A DNA stretch of 63,995 nucleotides, counting the filler. It is 5 parts of 5 records of this genome, joined end to end, with 100 filler letters (N's around TTAATTAATTAA, not from the genome) between each part and the next. Parts side by side here need not be neighbours in the genome. Positions count along the whole stretch, not along the records: positions 1 to 22,618 come from SRR31156797_11873; 4 more parts are not named here. One strand, written 5' to 3'. The notes below the pieces were generated by a model, which did no database searches, had not been told where the DNA came from, and worked only from the letters and a program-made list of their open reading frames with translations. Below, piece by piece: positions 1 through 10,449 of the stretch. Each line of letters begins with the position of its first letter. The first letter of the stretch is position 1. The position numbers and the translations under genes were made by a program.

Positions 1-1
1 C

Positions 2-211
2 GGCAAATTCGTCTTGAATCTCAACCGTGTCCAGGGGACGAATGTGACCCTGATCAAACTGATCATCAGGGTCATTCAAAGCTGTCAGAAAGCGGGTATC
101 CACGTTCGCGTCACGGGGACGGAAGCGATCCGGGATGAGCTTAAGGATTTCCAGGAAACCAGTGAAGTCACCATTGATCTTTCCATGGAAGAAGCAAAGG
201 CGGCCTTTTAG
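2..211 (+). CDS. Partial (5'-truncated) protein with STAS/anti-anti-sigma-like C-terminus
   Basis: Frame is open from the window start (GKFVLNLNRV...IKLIIRVIQSCQKAGIHVRV...LSMEEAKAAF); beta-alpha pattern and EEA C-terminus resemble STAS domains. Confidence 0.4.
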   Translation, partial: GKFVLNLNRVQGTNVTLIKLIIRVIQSCQKAGIHVRVTGTEAIRDELKDFQETSEVTIDLSMEEAKAAF

Positions 212-510
212 CCTTGTACGAAAAAATATTCAGCCGGGGTATGGCCCCGGCAATAACGTGAATGCAGAATCTGCAGGGAAACCCCGCAATGCGGCATTTT
301 TTTCCCATGGCACGCAACATTCCATTTGCCGTGCAAGGCACTTAAACCCCTCTATAATTAAGGAAAACCATTTTTTTCACAAATGGTGCACGGTTTTTGC
401 ATAAAAGAATATTGCAACTGATGGAGGGTATTTTACATCCTCAGAATCATTTTGGACCGCCATCAGCCGGCAAGCTTGAACAATGCGACCTTTCAAAGGA
501 GGGAGAAAAA

Positions 511-969
511 ATGAAAGTAAACGCAAACCCGGAAATCCTCGGGGGTGATTACACTGCCAGAAACAATTCCGAGCCCAAAACCACCGGCTCCGAGTTCAGT
601 GCCATTCTTGAGGAAAGCCTGGAAAGTTTATCCAACACCAAGGCCATTGAAGAACAGGGTTCTAGAATTGAGGGCATTTCAAAGTCACAGTTCGACCTTT
701 TCTCCAAAGTCGAAAGCCCAACAATCGACAGGGTGGAAAACTATCTGAATATGCTTACCGAGTATCAGGAAAAACTGGGCGACCCTGATGTCTCCCTAAA
801 AGAAATTTCGCCGCTGCTTGATCAAATGAATGAAGAAAAAGGACAACTGTCATCGGCACTTGATTCGCTCCCGAACGAAGATGGATTAAAGGAGATTCTG
901 AATGAAACCCTGATCATCTCCTCTCTTGAAACCATCAAATTCAACCGGGGGGATTATAACCCCCAATGA
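511..969 (+). CDS. Hypothetical helical protein (flagellar-cluster associated)
   Basis: ATG at 511 preceded by AAGGAGGGAG RBS; ends KFNRGDY; no recognised family. Confidence 0.6.
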   Translation: MKVNANPEILGGDYTARNNSEPKTTGSEFSAILEESLESLSNTKAIEEQGSRIEGISKSQFDLFSKVESPTIDRVENYLNMLTEYQEKLGDPDVSLKEISPLLDQMNEEKGQLSSALDSLPNEDGLKEILNETLIISSLETIKFNRGDYNPQ

Positions 970-1000
970 ACGGCTTGACAGCTGGATAAGAGGGTGGAAT

Positions 1001-2317
1001 TCATTGGGGAGGCGCACTTTTCTTTTCCACGAAATTCTCCATATTACGGATGTAGACATGGAGTTCTTCCGCAAGTTTTTCATCCAGATCCACAAGGATC
1101 CGGTAATGGGTCAGGGCAGCGTCCCTGTTGCCGGAAGTCAAATAAACCAACCCCAGAATATGGTGTGCTTCCGCATACTCCGGCGCAAGCCGCACCGCTT
1201 GTTTCAATTCTTCTATTGCCACCTCGTAACGGCCGCCTTTGGCATAACTTACGCCGAGACCATACCTTGCCTCCGCCAGATCCGGATTCTCCATGATAAT
1301 GGATCGGTATGCTCTGATGGCCTCATCATAACGGCCCATCAATAGATGAAAATTTGCCCGGGCCAGCGGCGTCTTCTCCGAATCCGGACTCCCGGATTCT
1401 TGATGTTTTTCCCTTTTTCGCGCACCCTTCCGCATTTGATCCGATGGGAACATGGATTCATTCTTTTCCGTTTTCCGCTGTGTTACCTTCCCCGGCATTG
1501 ACCCTGCCTGTTTTTTCTCAAACTGAAAGGACAGCATGAACAGAGCGGCAATACACAGGCCGGCGGTGAGCATCCTTCGGCGTTCGATTTTGCCGTGTAA
1601 CATGCGAAACTTTCCCAATCGATCCCATGGCGCCATGCCGTCACGCCGAAGCCTGATGTATGAAACCGTGAAAGTTGCGGGGGCAATGAGAAAAAAACCC
1701 GTACCGACGCCATTACACCATACGGACAAACTTCGCAGGCAAGCACTCCAATAGCCGGGTTTTTTTAGGGATCGGTCGATGATTTCGATGCCAAAGATCC
1801 ATTTACCAAGTGTTGTTCCAAGCAGGTGAAGCATTATGGTTTCCACGAAAATCCACAGAAATGTCAGGACAACCGGGAAAAAAAATGAAGGGACATGTTC
1901 CCAAATGGACATTTGAAAAAAGCCCGTCCTTATAAGAATAAAAGTGAACAGGAGATAATCGAAGATTCTGGCGGAAAACCTCATCCATGGGTGTATCCGC
2001 AAATGATTCCCACGACCCCCTTGTGACTTTTTTTTGAATACCTGTTTTTGCCCATGGCGGCCAAGGGTAACGCCTTCAGATGGGGGACGGCTTTTTGTGA
2101 AATCCGATGCGTTGGCGGCGAATGAAAAAGAAACAATTTTCCGGTATGCTTCATGAATCTCCTCCAGTTTTTTTTCAGCCTTTTCCCTCAAATGGGGGTT
2201 TTTTGAAAAGGCTTCGGGATCCCATGCCTGGAGCAAATCTTCATAAGCCTGCCGTACCGCTTCCGGTGACGCCTGGGGATCAACTTCCAGAATTTCATAA
2301 TAATGATGGATATTCAT
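1001..2317 (-). CDS. J-like domain + RDD membrane domain + TPR protein
   Basis: YYEILEV...AY J-domain fold (WDPE in place of HPD); RFSARIFD...TLGKWIFG...WDR RDD motifs; C-terminal TPRs (AEARYGLG, AEAHHILG); alternative start 2368. Confidence 0.8.
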   Translation of the reverse strand: MNIHHYYEILEVDPQASPEAVRQAYEDLLQAWDPEAFSKNPHLREKAEKKLEEIHEAYRKIVSFSFAANASDFTKSRPPSEGVTLGRHGQKQVFKKKSQGGRGNHLRIHPWMRFSARIFDYLLFTFILIRTGFFQMSIWEHVPSFFFPVVLTFLWIFVETIMLHLLGTTLGKWIFGIEIIDRSLKKPGYWSACLRSLSVWCNGVGTGFFLIAPATFTVSYIRLRRDGMAPWDRLGKFRMLHGKIERRRMLTAGLCIAALFMLSFQFEKKQAGSMPGKVTQRKTEKNESMFPSDQMRKGARKREKHQESGSPDSEKTPLARANFHLLMGRYDEAIRAYRSIIMENPDLAEARYGLGVSYAKGGRYEVAIEELKQAVRLAPEYAEAHHILGLVYLTSGNRDAALTHYRILVDLDEKLAEELHVYIRNMENFVEKKSAPPQ

Positions 2318-2370
2318 TGAAAAGAACCCTGAAAGTTTTTTCAAATATTCTGCCCGCGTGCCCGGCAAAA

Positions 2371-2386
2371 CGGCATAAAATATGCA
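2371..2386 (+). promoter_or_regulatory. Putative sigma54 -24/-12 promoter
   Basis: CGGCATAAAATATGCA = GG-N10-GC upstream of the 2584/3626 gene pair. Confidence 0.5.
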
Positions 2387-2500
2387 TAGTTACAGTCTAA
2401 ACAAATATCAGCTTGACTCAGGGGATTCAAACAATTTGATGAAAGGTCATAACCGGCCGATGGGGACTACAAAAAAAGTTGTCATATTGAGCCCGTCACT

Positions 2501-2514
2501 GTCAATTATTTGAC
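2501..2514. promoter_or_regulatory. Palindromic FleQ/FlrA-like enhancer box
   Basis: GTCAATTATTTGAC has perfect GTCAA/TTGAC arms and resembles the FleQ consensus GTCaNTAAAtTGAC. Confidence 0.4.
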
Positions 2515-2583
2515 TTCAAATTCCAAAAAACCTCACGATATTTTGTTTTTCTGGAAAATACCAGCGTTGGAGAAGGATATTAG

Positions 2584-3639
2584 ATGAAAAAAAAGCAGAA
2601 TCCAAGGACAAAGTCGGCACTTATCCTTACTTTTTGCCTGCTTTTTTGCTGGGCGTCAGCGGGCATTACAGCTGACCATATTCAGCTGAGAAAGTATCCT
2701 TCACCGGACGGCCCGGTGTCGGATACCATTCCGAAAGGCCAAAAGCTCAAAATCATCGAAACGTTTGGTTCATGGCGGTATATTCTGGTTGAAGGGTCGA
2801 CCCATGGTGGGGGTTGGGTCCATTTTGAAGACCTGGAAAAAGGGCCCGCCACAAGTGAAAAAGCGGAAGCGCCCAAAGGGTCATCGCCCAAAAAAAGAGA
2901 CAAAACCGTTAAAAATTCTTCATGGCAACGCCGGGGGACCAAAAAGGAGAAAAAAAATCCAAAACCGTCCTTTCACAGTAAGGTTTCCGTGGGAACGGTC
3001 AAGATACATCCGGTTGCTGTCCACAAAGAGGCACGGGAAACGAAACCGGATAAGCGTTTAAAGAAAAATCCCGACCCGAAAAATGACCCGCCCGATCATG
3101 CCTTAAATAACGGAAACAAGGCTGCAAAAGAGGATTTACCAACGGCTCAAGCCGCAATTGAAAAAAGGGTTCAGCCCCCTCATAATATTAAACCCACACC
3201 GCCCCGGACGGAACGGACCGAACCCAAGGAAAGTTTTCATGGGCCTGAAGAGAACACACCCATGGCGCTCATCAAAACGGCCTACGCCGATTCTTTGCCG
3301 AAAACGACCGTTCCAGCCGACAGGGTGCCGAATGGTCCCGCGCAAGACCCGGCAATACCTGGGACCTTGGCGAAAGGACCGGAAAGATCCAGAACCTCTA
3401 CCCACGCTGACAATACCCGGGACTTTCCGCACGAAAAGAAGGAAGCGGCGGGCTACCGAGGCTTAATGAGGGACTTCCTGAATTTTGTCTTTAGGCTGCT
3501 CTCCGTAGTGCTTTCCTGCCTTGCCATTATCTTCGCCTACAAGGCAAAAAAAATGGCGACCATGAGCTACCATCTGGTGGTTCAGCTTCAGCAGAGCATT
3601 GAAATCCACCGCCGGAGAGAATTTGATGAGCGTTACTGA
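2584..3639 (+). CDS. Exported SH3b-like domain protein with Lys/Pro-rich linker and C-terminal TM helix
   Basis: Signal peptide; LRKYPS...IPKGQKLKII...W...GWV SH3b-like pattern; low-complexity linker; TM segment FVFRLLSVVLSCLAIIFAY. Confidence 0.65.
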   Translation: MKKKQNPRTKSALILTFCLLFCWASAGITADHIQLRKYPSPDGPVSDTIPKGQKLKIIETFGSWRYILVEGSTHGGGWVHFEDLEKGPATSEKAEAPKGSSPKKRDKTVKNSSWQRRGTKKEKKNPKPSFHSKVSVGTVKIHPVAVHKEARETKPDKRLKKNPDPKNDPPDHALNNGNKAAKEDLPTAQAAIEKRVQPPHNIKPTPPRTERTEPKESFHGPEENTPMALIKTAYADSLPKTTVPADRVPNGPAQDPAIPGTLAKGPERSRTSTHADNTRDFPHEKKEAAGYRGLMRDFLNFVFRLLSVVLSCLAIIFAYKAKKMATMSYHLVVQLQQSIEIHRRREFDERY

Positions 3640-4747
3640 TACGGTAGATTGGACCAGCGAATATACGGATCTTCTGGCTCAACTGAAGAATGCTCAAAAC
3701 ATAATTGAATCAAACGCGGCGACCATGGAAAAAGCCAAAATGATGGTTATCGAAGCCGAGACGGCCAATATGGAGCTTGAACAGATATTTAACCAATCAA
3801 GCTCCGGCATATGGGTCATCGATACGAACTTTGAAATTCTTCGCATAAATGAAACCCTGGCAAAACTTGCGGGCAGAAACAAAGATGAGGTGCGAGGGTT
3901 GAAATGCTATGACGTTTTTCCCATTTCCATATGCGGTACCTATAATTGTCCAATGAAAAAAATTAAAAGGGGACGTCACAATCTGGAATACGACATCGAA
4001 AAGAAGACGAAGAACGGCACACCCGCATCCTATCTTTTGACCGTCAATCCATTTTATGGACTTACCGGAAAAACCATGGGGTTTGTTGCGGAATTCAAAG
4101 ACATCACACCCCGGAGACGCGCCGAAAGGGCGTTACGTCGGGCCAACAAAACCCTTCAGCAGCTTTCCCATATGGACGGACTGACACAGGTGGCCAACCG
4201 GCGACGTTTTGATGAAGTACTGGAAACCGAGTGGAAACGAGCAAATCGATCCAATTCACCACTTTCACTGATATTCTGTGATATTGACTTTTTTAAATTA
4301 TTCAACGATACCTACGGCCACCAGGCCGGCGACGACTGTTTACGGACCGTGGCGCAGGTGATCCGTTCAAGTCTACGTCGACCCGAGGATTTCGTGGCGC
4401 GATATGGCGGCGAAGAGTTCATACTGGTTCTGCCCAATACCGATACGGAAGGTGCCTTTCACCTGGCCGAGACCGTTCGAAAGGCCCTGGTGCATAAAAG
4501 GATCGCCCATAACCCTTCCCCAATAACCCCGTATGTAACCTTGAGTCTTGGCATTTCCTGCATGATCCACGATCAGAACACTGATCCGGAATTATTGGTC
4601 CATACGCCCAATGCACTGGTCAAAATGGCGGACAGGGCGCTTTATGAAGCAAAACAGAGGGGACGGAATCGGACGGTTATAAAAGCTGCGGATGCCTTTG
4701 AAAGTAAGGTGGTAAAGCAAACCAAAACCCATGGAAATCAGGCATAA
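3626..4747 (+). CDS. PAS-GGDEF diguanylate cyclase
   Basis: DGLT.VANRR, DIDFFK.FNDTYGH.AGD, RPED (I-site RxxD)-FVARYGGEEF; N-terminal PAS domain. Confidence 0.93.
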   Translation: MSVTDTVDWTSEYTDLLAQLKNAQNIIESNAATMEKAKMMVIEAETANMELEQIFNQSSSGIWVIDTNFEILRINETLAKLAGRNKDEVRGLKCYDVFPISICGTYNCPMKKIKRGRHNLEYDIEKKTKNGTPASYLLTVNPFYGLTGKTMGFVAEFKDITPRRRAERALRRANKTLQQLSHMDGLTQVANRRRFDEVLETEWKRANRSNSPLSLIFCDIDFFKLFNDTYGHQAGDDCLRTVAQVIRSSLRRPEDFVARYGGEEFILVLPNTDTEGAFHLAETVRKALVHKRIAHNPSPITPYVTLSLGISCMIHDQNTDPELLVHTPNALVKMADRALYEAKQRGRNRTVIKAADAFESKVVKQTKTHGNQA

Positions 4748-4950
4748 GTGCCACGATCGGAAACAACCCGTACGATCCTTTTCGCCTGGTACATCAAACA
4801 GTCCCTTCCGGATGAGCTTTCCCGGACCACCATACTGGGCAATTGGCAACTCTTGAACCGCATCCCCCGGCAGCCATGGGGAAAACGCTTGTCCCAGGTG
4901 ACATAGTAAAATCGGCATTTGTGGCAATCAATGGACATTCCGGTTTTCAT
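4738..4950 (-). CDS. Small Cys-rich (4 Cys) conserved protein
   Basis: CHKC.FYYVTWD..FPHGC..MRFKS..LPS..V..SSG.DC pattern, recalled as a widespread small putative metal-binding family. Confidence 0.6.
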   Translation of the reverse strand: MKTGMSIDCHKCRFYYVTWDKRFPHGCRGMRFKSCQLPSMVVRESSSGRDCLMYQAKRIVRVVSDRGTYA

Positions 4951-4954
4951 CAGG

Positions 4955-5428
4955 CTACCGTCGCAATCCGCCGTCAACAATCAGCCCCATGTTCTCAAGC
5001 ATGTGCCAGGCGCGGCGATGCTCCGGATCATTATTATCATATGAGCCTTTAACAATGGAATCGAGCACCTCATCGCTGATGCCTGCGTTCTTGAGTGCAA
5101 TCAGGTCCTGGGGCGTCAGCGATTTGATGGATTTCGTTTCGGTGCCGTAAATGACGGGTTGAGCATTTTTTGTGAAAGAGCCTTTCCTGATGATGCCGCT
5201 GATGGTTTGATCGCTCAACCCCGCCTTTTTCATTTCAACAATTTCCTTTACGGTGAAGGCGCAGGTTTCAACCGCTTTTTCATCCATGACCGCCTGAATA
5301 ACACCGTCCCCCAAGCCCGCTTTCTTCAGCGCAATAATGTCCGCCGTATCCAGGGATAATGCCGGCCCGGCATACACCCAAACCGTCAGCACCCCGAGCA
5401 AGGCAAAAAGCATCCGTACCGTAAGCAT
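4955..5428 (-). CDS. Exported protein with three 'DII.LKKAG(L/I)SD.VI' repeats
   Basis: Signal peptide; three copies of a ~20-aa helical motif. Confidence 0.65.
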   Translation of the reverse strand: MLTVRMLFALLGVLTVWVYAGPALSLDTADIIALKKAGLGDGVIQAVMDEKAVETCAFTVKEIVEMKKAGLSDQTISGIIRKGSFTKNAQPVIYGTETKSIKSLTPQDLIALKNAGISDEVLDSIVKGSYDNNDPEHRRAWHMLENMGLIVDGGLRR

Positions 5429-5431
5429 CTC

Positions 5432-7000
5432 TCACCTCAGAAAATCAATCAGACTTTGGTTGAAAAGCTTGGCTGAGGCGGCCAGTGCCGCTTCATAGAC
5501 CGTTTCCTGATGTTGAAGTTCGACGATGGCCTGCGCAAGGTCGACGTCTTCACTGTCTGAAAGCATGTTTTGAACCGTCAATTTGAACCGGTCCCAATAA
5601 TTTTCAGTGGATACCAGCCGCGTATGGGCAACCGAAAGATCCACAGCCGATTTTTCCACTTGATCGTACCCTTTGATAAGATCATCCTTTGCGTTCGAAA
5701 TCCAATCCGAATCCCATGTGGGGGCTTCAAGTGCGTCCTTTAATTCTTTCAGAGTATCAAATATATTGATGCCGTCGCCAAGGCTATCGCCGGTAAATAC
5801 ATCATCCCCGGTGGCATTCCCTTTAATCTTCAACGTCTTTGAAACCATAAAATTCAGATCCCCGTCATCACCGTTATACTTCACCGTATGCAGGGTGAAT
5901 GCCGTGTCCGTTTCTTTGGCGATTTCGGGTGCTGTTTCGTTATCCCATATCTGTATTCGGCTCGTGATGTCCCTGGTGACGGACGATTGAAAAGTGCCAT
6001 TAAGGTTTATTGCCTCTACCGTCAAATCCGCAACATCATCGGCACTGGCCGCACCGCTTACGTCCACCCGTATTGCGTTGCTCCTTCCCGAAACCGCAGG
6101 CTCACCGCTGCCGTCCCCGATTTTGTCGTACCATACAAAAGTGTCATCGCCGAGGGTGAAATAATCGCCGTCTACCAAATCGGAAGGGGCGCAGAAGGAA
6201 ATTTCCGCACACGCGGTAAAAGGTGCCGTTTCCTCATATTTCACCGTGCGCAGGGTAAATTCCGTACTGTTATCCGTAATTGCGGGTGAAACGCCGTCAT
6301 CCAATATCTCAATCCGGGTCGGATCGCTGGTGGTGGCAGCGGACGACAAATTACCGACGCCGTCGATGGCGTTGACGGTTTTAGCGGCAACCTCTGAAGC
6401 GGTATCATCCTCGGCAATGGCTACCTCAATCCCCGTCATTCCCGCCGGAGCGGGGTCGGTACCGGCCCCGTCCATATTATACCAGACATAATAACCCGGA
6501 CCGTCACCGATGGTAAAATACTCCCCGCCGCTTAGTTCCGATGCGGCACTGCAGGTCACTTCGGCACAATCGACGGGTTCCGGACCGTTTTGATGACCGG
6601 CAAAAATATACTCGTCCCCGAGTTTTGTGTTTGCGATATCCAGCAGGCGGTCATAAATATCCTGAATGTCATCGGCTGCTTGCCGCCGGGTTTTTTCGTC
6701 GGCGGAATTTTGGTTAATGGCAATATTCTTGGCCGTTCCAAGCTGGGCACAAACCTCTTCCAGCTGCTTTTCTGAAAACTCAATGTTCGTTTTTGCCTGC
6801 CCGATATTCCGATTATATTGATCAATGGAAGCCAGCGTTGTTCGATAATCCAAAATGCGGCCCATGGCCAGCGGATCATCGGACGGTCGGTTCACCGATT
6901 TCCGTGTGGATACCACCTCCTGTGCCCTGTATAGCTTTTCGGCGTTATCCGAAACACTTCGCCGCACAAGGTTTGCCATTTGATTGCTGGTAATCCGCAT
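5432..7000 (-). CDS. flgL: Flagellar hook-associated protein 3 with tandem inserted domains
   Basis: MRIT...RPSDDP N-terminus, YIFAGHQ, C-terminal DVDLAQAI...YEAAL...SLIDFLR; follows flgK. Confidence 0.92.
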   Translation of the reverse strand: MRITSNQMANLVRRSVSDNAEKLYRAQEVVSTRKSVNRPSDDPLAMGRILDYRTTLASIDQYNRNIGQAKTNIEFSEKQLEEVCAQLGTAKNIAINQNSADEKTRRQAADDIQDIYDRLLDIANTKLGDEYIFAGHQNGPEPVDCAEVTCSAASELSGGEYFTIGDGPGYYVWYNMDGAGTDPAPAGMTGIEVAIAEDDTASEVAAKTVNAIDGVGNLSSAATTSDPTRIEILDDGVSPAITDNSTEFTLRTVKYEETAPFTACAEISFCAPSDLVDGDYFTLGDDTFVWYDKIGDGSGEPAVSGRSNAIRVDVSGAASADDVADLTVEAINLNGTFQSSVTRDITSRIQIWDNETAPEIAKETDTAFTLHTVKYNGDDGDLNFMVSKTLKIKGNATGDDVFTGDSLGDGINIFDTLKELKDALEAPTWDSDWISNAKDDLIKGYDQVEKSAVDLSVAHTRLVSTENYWDRFKLTVQNMLSDSEDVDLAQAIVELQHQETVYEAALAASAKLFNQSLIDFLR

Positions 7001-7037
7001 ATTGATGACTCCTCAAATTACAACGGGGATTTTTAGG

Positions 7038-8426
7038 CTAAAGGGTGTTGAGCAAAGTAGCCAACATCTCATCCGCCACACTGATCAATTTAGCGGCGGA
7101 TTCATAGCTTCGCTGGTATTGAATCAGGTTGACCATTTCCTCATCCAGCGATACACCCGATACGGACTCCCGGTAATTGTCCAGATAGGTCAGCATCTCG
7201 GATTGGCTCTCAACGCGGGTGGCGGCATTCTGCACGTCCGCGCCCACGCGGCTGACAATGGAATGATAGTAATCACTGAAGGTCGTATCGGCATCACCGA
7301 TGGCAACCGAATTCGTTTGAAGATCCGCAATGGCCAATGCCATCCGGTTATCCCCCGGAAGACCGTCGGAGGTCTGGGCGGCCGCAATCTTGTCGGTATC
7401 CGAGACGATAGCGGAATTCACGGCAAAGGTCCCGTTCGACAGATTTCCGGTAAAAAAACCGATCCCGGTGGAACCGGCAAGACCGAACCCATCCGCATGG
7501 AGATCGTTGACCTGCGCCTTGATGGTTCCGGCCAACGTTTCGAGGCTGCTCATGTAACCGGGAACAATCTCATCTCTTGTTTCAATCAATCCTTTCAGTG
7601 CACCGCTGGAAATGCTGTCGTTGATGCTTCCAGTCGGAAAATCGGTCCAACAGACGTCCTTATGGCCGGCCCCATTGTCCATGGTGGTGAGTTCCCGTTG
7701 ATGAACACCTTCCACCAGGGTTTTTCCATCGCTCAGTTTGACGGTGATGGATCCGTTTTCCTGCTCAAAGGTGGTAATATCGACGAGCGAAGAAAGTTCT
7801 TTCAACGCCAGATCACGGGAATCCCGATGTTCGTTGGCATTGTGGCCGGATGTTTCCACCTGGGCGATCTGCTGATTGAGATCGGCAATTTTGGCCGCTT
7901 TAAGATTGATCCGGCCAACGGCATCTTCCACCTGGTCATCCCAGGGCGACGGAATGGGAGACAACGTATCATAAACAGACTGGAATTGATGGGCCAGATC
8001 CTCGCCCTTCCCCAGCAGGGTCACCCGCTGAACATAGCCTGAGGGATCATTGGCCAGATCCTGCCAGGCATTCCAGAATTCCCCCAGGGTCTCACTCAAC
8101 CCGCCGCCGGCTGCGTCATTAAACCGAATTTCCGTCATATCCAGCGCATCTCTGCGCGCTTCCCATCTTCCCATTTCCTGTTCTTCCTGGTTGATCTGGG
8201 CGCCCAGGAAGCTATCATAGACGCGCTCAATCCCTTTGGCAATCACCCCCGTTCCGATGGGACCGGCGGAAGTGGGGATGGCGATTCCCTGGGTGAGGTT
8301 CAATCTTCGGCGCGTATAGCCCGGCGTATTGACGTTTAAAATATTCTGTCCGGTAACCTCTATCCCTTTCTGCTGGGCCAGGACAGCACCTTTTCCCGCT
8401 TGTAATACTCCGAAAATGGATGACAT
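7038..8426 (-). CDS. flgK: Flagellar hook-associated protein 1
   Basis: NVNTPGYTR N-terminus; SGVSLDEEMVNLIQYQRSYESAAK C-terminus. Confidence 0.95.
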   Translation of the reverse strand: MSSIFGVLQAGKGAVLAQQKGIEVTGQNILNVNTPGYTRRRLNLTQGIAIPTSAGPIGTGVIAKGIERVYDSFLGAQINQEEQEMGRWEARRDALDMTEIRFNDAAGGGLSETLGEFWNAWQDLANDPSGYVQRVTLLGKGEDLAHQFQSVYDTLSPIPSPWDDQVEDAVGRINLKAAKIADLNQQIAQVETSGHNANEHRDSRDLALKELSSLVDITTFEQENGSITVKLSDGKTLVEGVHQRELTTMDNGAGHKDVCWTDFPTGSINDSISSGALKGLIETRDEIVPGYMSSLETLAGTIKAQVNDLHADGFGLAGSTGIGFFTGNLSNGTFAVNSAIVSDTDKIAAAQTSDGLPGDNRMALAIADLQTNSVAIGDADTTFSDYYHSIVSRVGADVQNAATRVESQSEMLTYLDNYRESVSGVSLDEEMVNLIQYQRSYESAAKLISVADEMLATLLNTL

Positions 8427-8447
8427 GATGGATCTCCCCCCAAACGG

Positions 8448-9512
<1,065 letters not shown>

Positions 9513-9542
9513 CTATCGCCGACCCTCTAAATGAAGAAAATC

Positions 9543-10043
9543 TCAATCCGTCAATTTTATAAAGGTTTCAGGGTTTTGCCCATCGATATAAAGTGACAGA
9601 TGACACGGTTCGTCGTCTATGGAGAGTTTTGCCGCCGACACAAGTTCCCCTTCGGGTATCTTTTCCAAAGACGATGCATCCGCCAGAATTTCCGGTGGCT
9701 GGATATCAAAAACGGCTTCTTTTCCGGCAATGGCGGGGAGCAGATTGCCGCAGATCACATTGATGGTTTCCTTAAGGGCGTCGGCCTGATCATCGGGACT
9801 GATTTCCGCCTCGCCATCATCAAGCCCCAGCATATTCGCCGTTAATTCCTGAACCGTTTGTGGGGTCACCGCCATGATCATCCGCCCGGAAAAAGGTCCT
9901 TGAAACCCAACTTGTGTCACAATCATGGATTCTCCCGAACCCGCATTTTCATCCTCTTCCGGAAATCCGAACATGAAGGCCAGTCCTTCAAATGTTTCCG
10001 TAGCGATTCCCTCCAGAATTTTGTTGATTTTGTCATTCATCAC
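9543..10043 (-). CDS. cheX: CheX/CheC-family phosphatase
   Basis: DALKETINVICGN (ExxN) motif; F.GPFSG; che context. Confidence 0.8.
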   Translation of the reverse strand: MMNDKINKILEGIATETFEGLAFMFGFPEEDENAGSGESMIVTQVGFQGPFSGRMIMAVTPQTVQELTANMLGLDDGEAEISPDDQADALKETINVICGNLLPAIAGKEAVFDIQPPEILADASSLEKIPEGELVSAAKLSIDDEPCHLSLYIDGQNPETFIKLTD

Positions 10044-10422
10044 CGATCTCCAGTTTGAGCATATCTACGATGGTATCGCGGATGGTTTCCGCTTCAAAGG
10101 GTTTATGGATAAAAACGATGCCTTTTTCCTCTAACCGTGCAATGCGGGTCTCGCTCCCTTCAGTGGAGACCACAACCACCGGAAGATCCTTCATCTCAGG
10201 ATTTGCCCGCATGTGGTCTATCATTTCCTCGCCGTTCATCACCGGCATATTAATATCCACAATTGCCAGATCGATCCAGTTCTGCTCCAGGGATTCCAGA
10301 CCTTCCCGACCATTACCGGCCTGAAATATCTCCCCCAGGGAAATTCCGGTCATCTGCAATGTTTTTAGAATCATGGTTCTCATAATTCTACTGTCGTCGA
10401 CGATTAGAACATTAATGGCCAT
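10033..10422 (-). CDS. cheY: Single-domain response regulator, CheY-like
   Basis: VDDS, DINMP, ST, HKPF receiver motifs. Confidence 0.85.
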   Translation of the reverse strand: MAINVLIVDDSRIMRTMILKTLQMTGISLGEIFQAGNGREGLESLEQNWIDLAIVDINMPVMNGEEMIDHMRANPEMKDLPVVVVSTEGSETRIARLEEKGIVFIHKPFEAETIRDTIVDMLKLEIGDE

Positions 10423-10449
10423 AGCTACCTCTCATTAAAAAAAAACAAT

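Noticed and set aside
308-401. Two sigma54-like motifs (TGGCACGCAACATTCC; GTGCACGGTTTTTGCA) upstream of the 511 ORF
   Set aside because: Each misses one invariant dinucleotide (-12 GC or -24 GG); not confidently callable
6984-8042. 352-aa plus-strand ORF opposite flgK
   Set aside because: Antisense shadow of a well-supported gene
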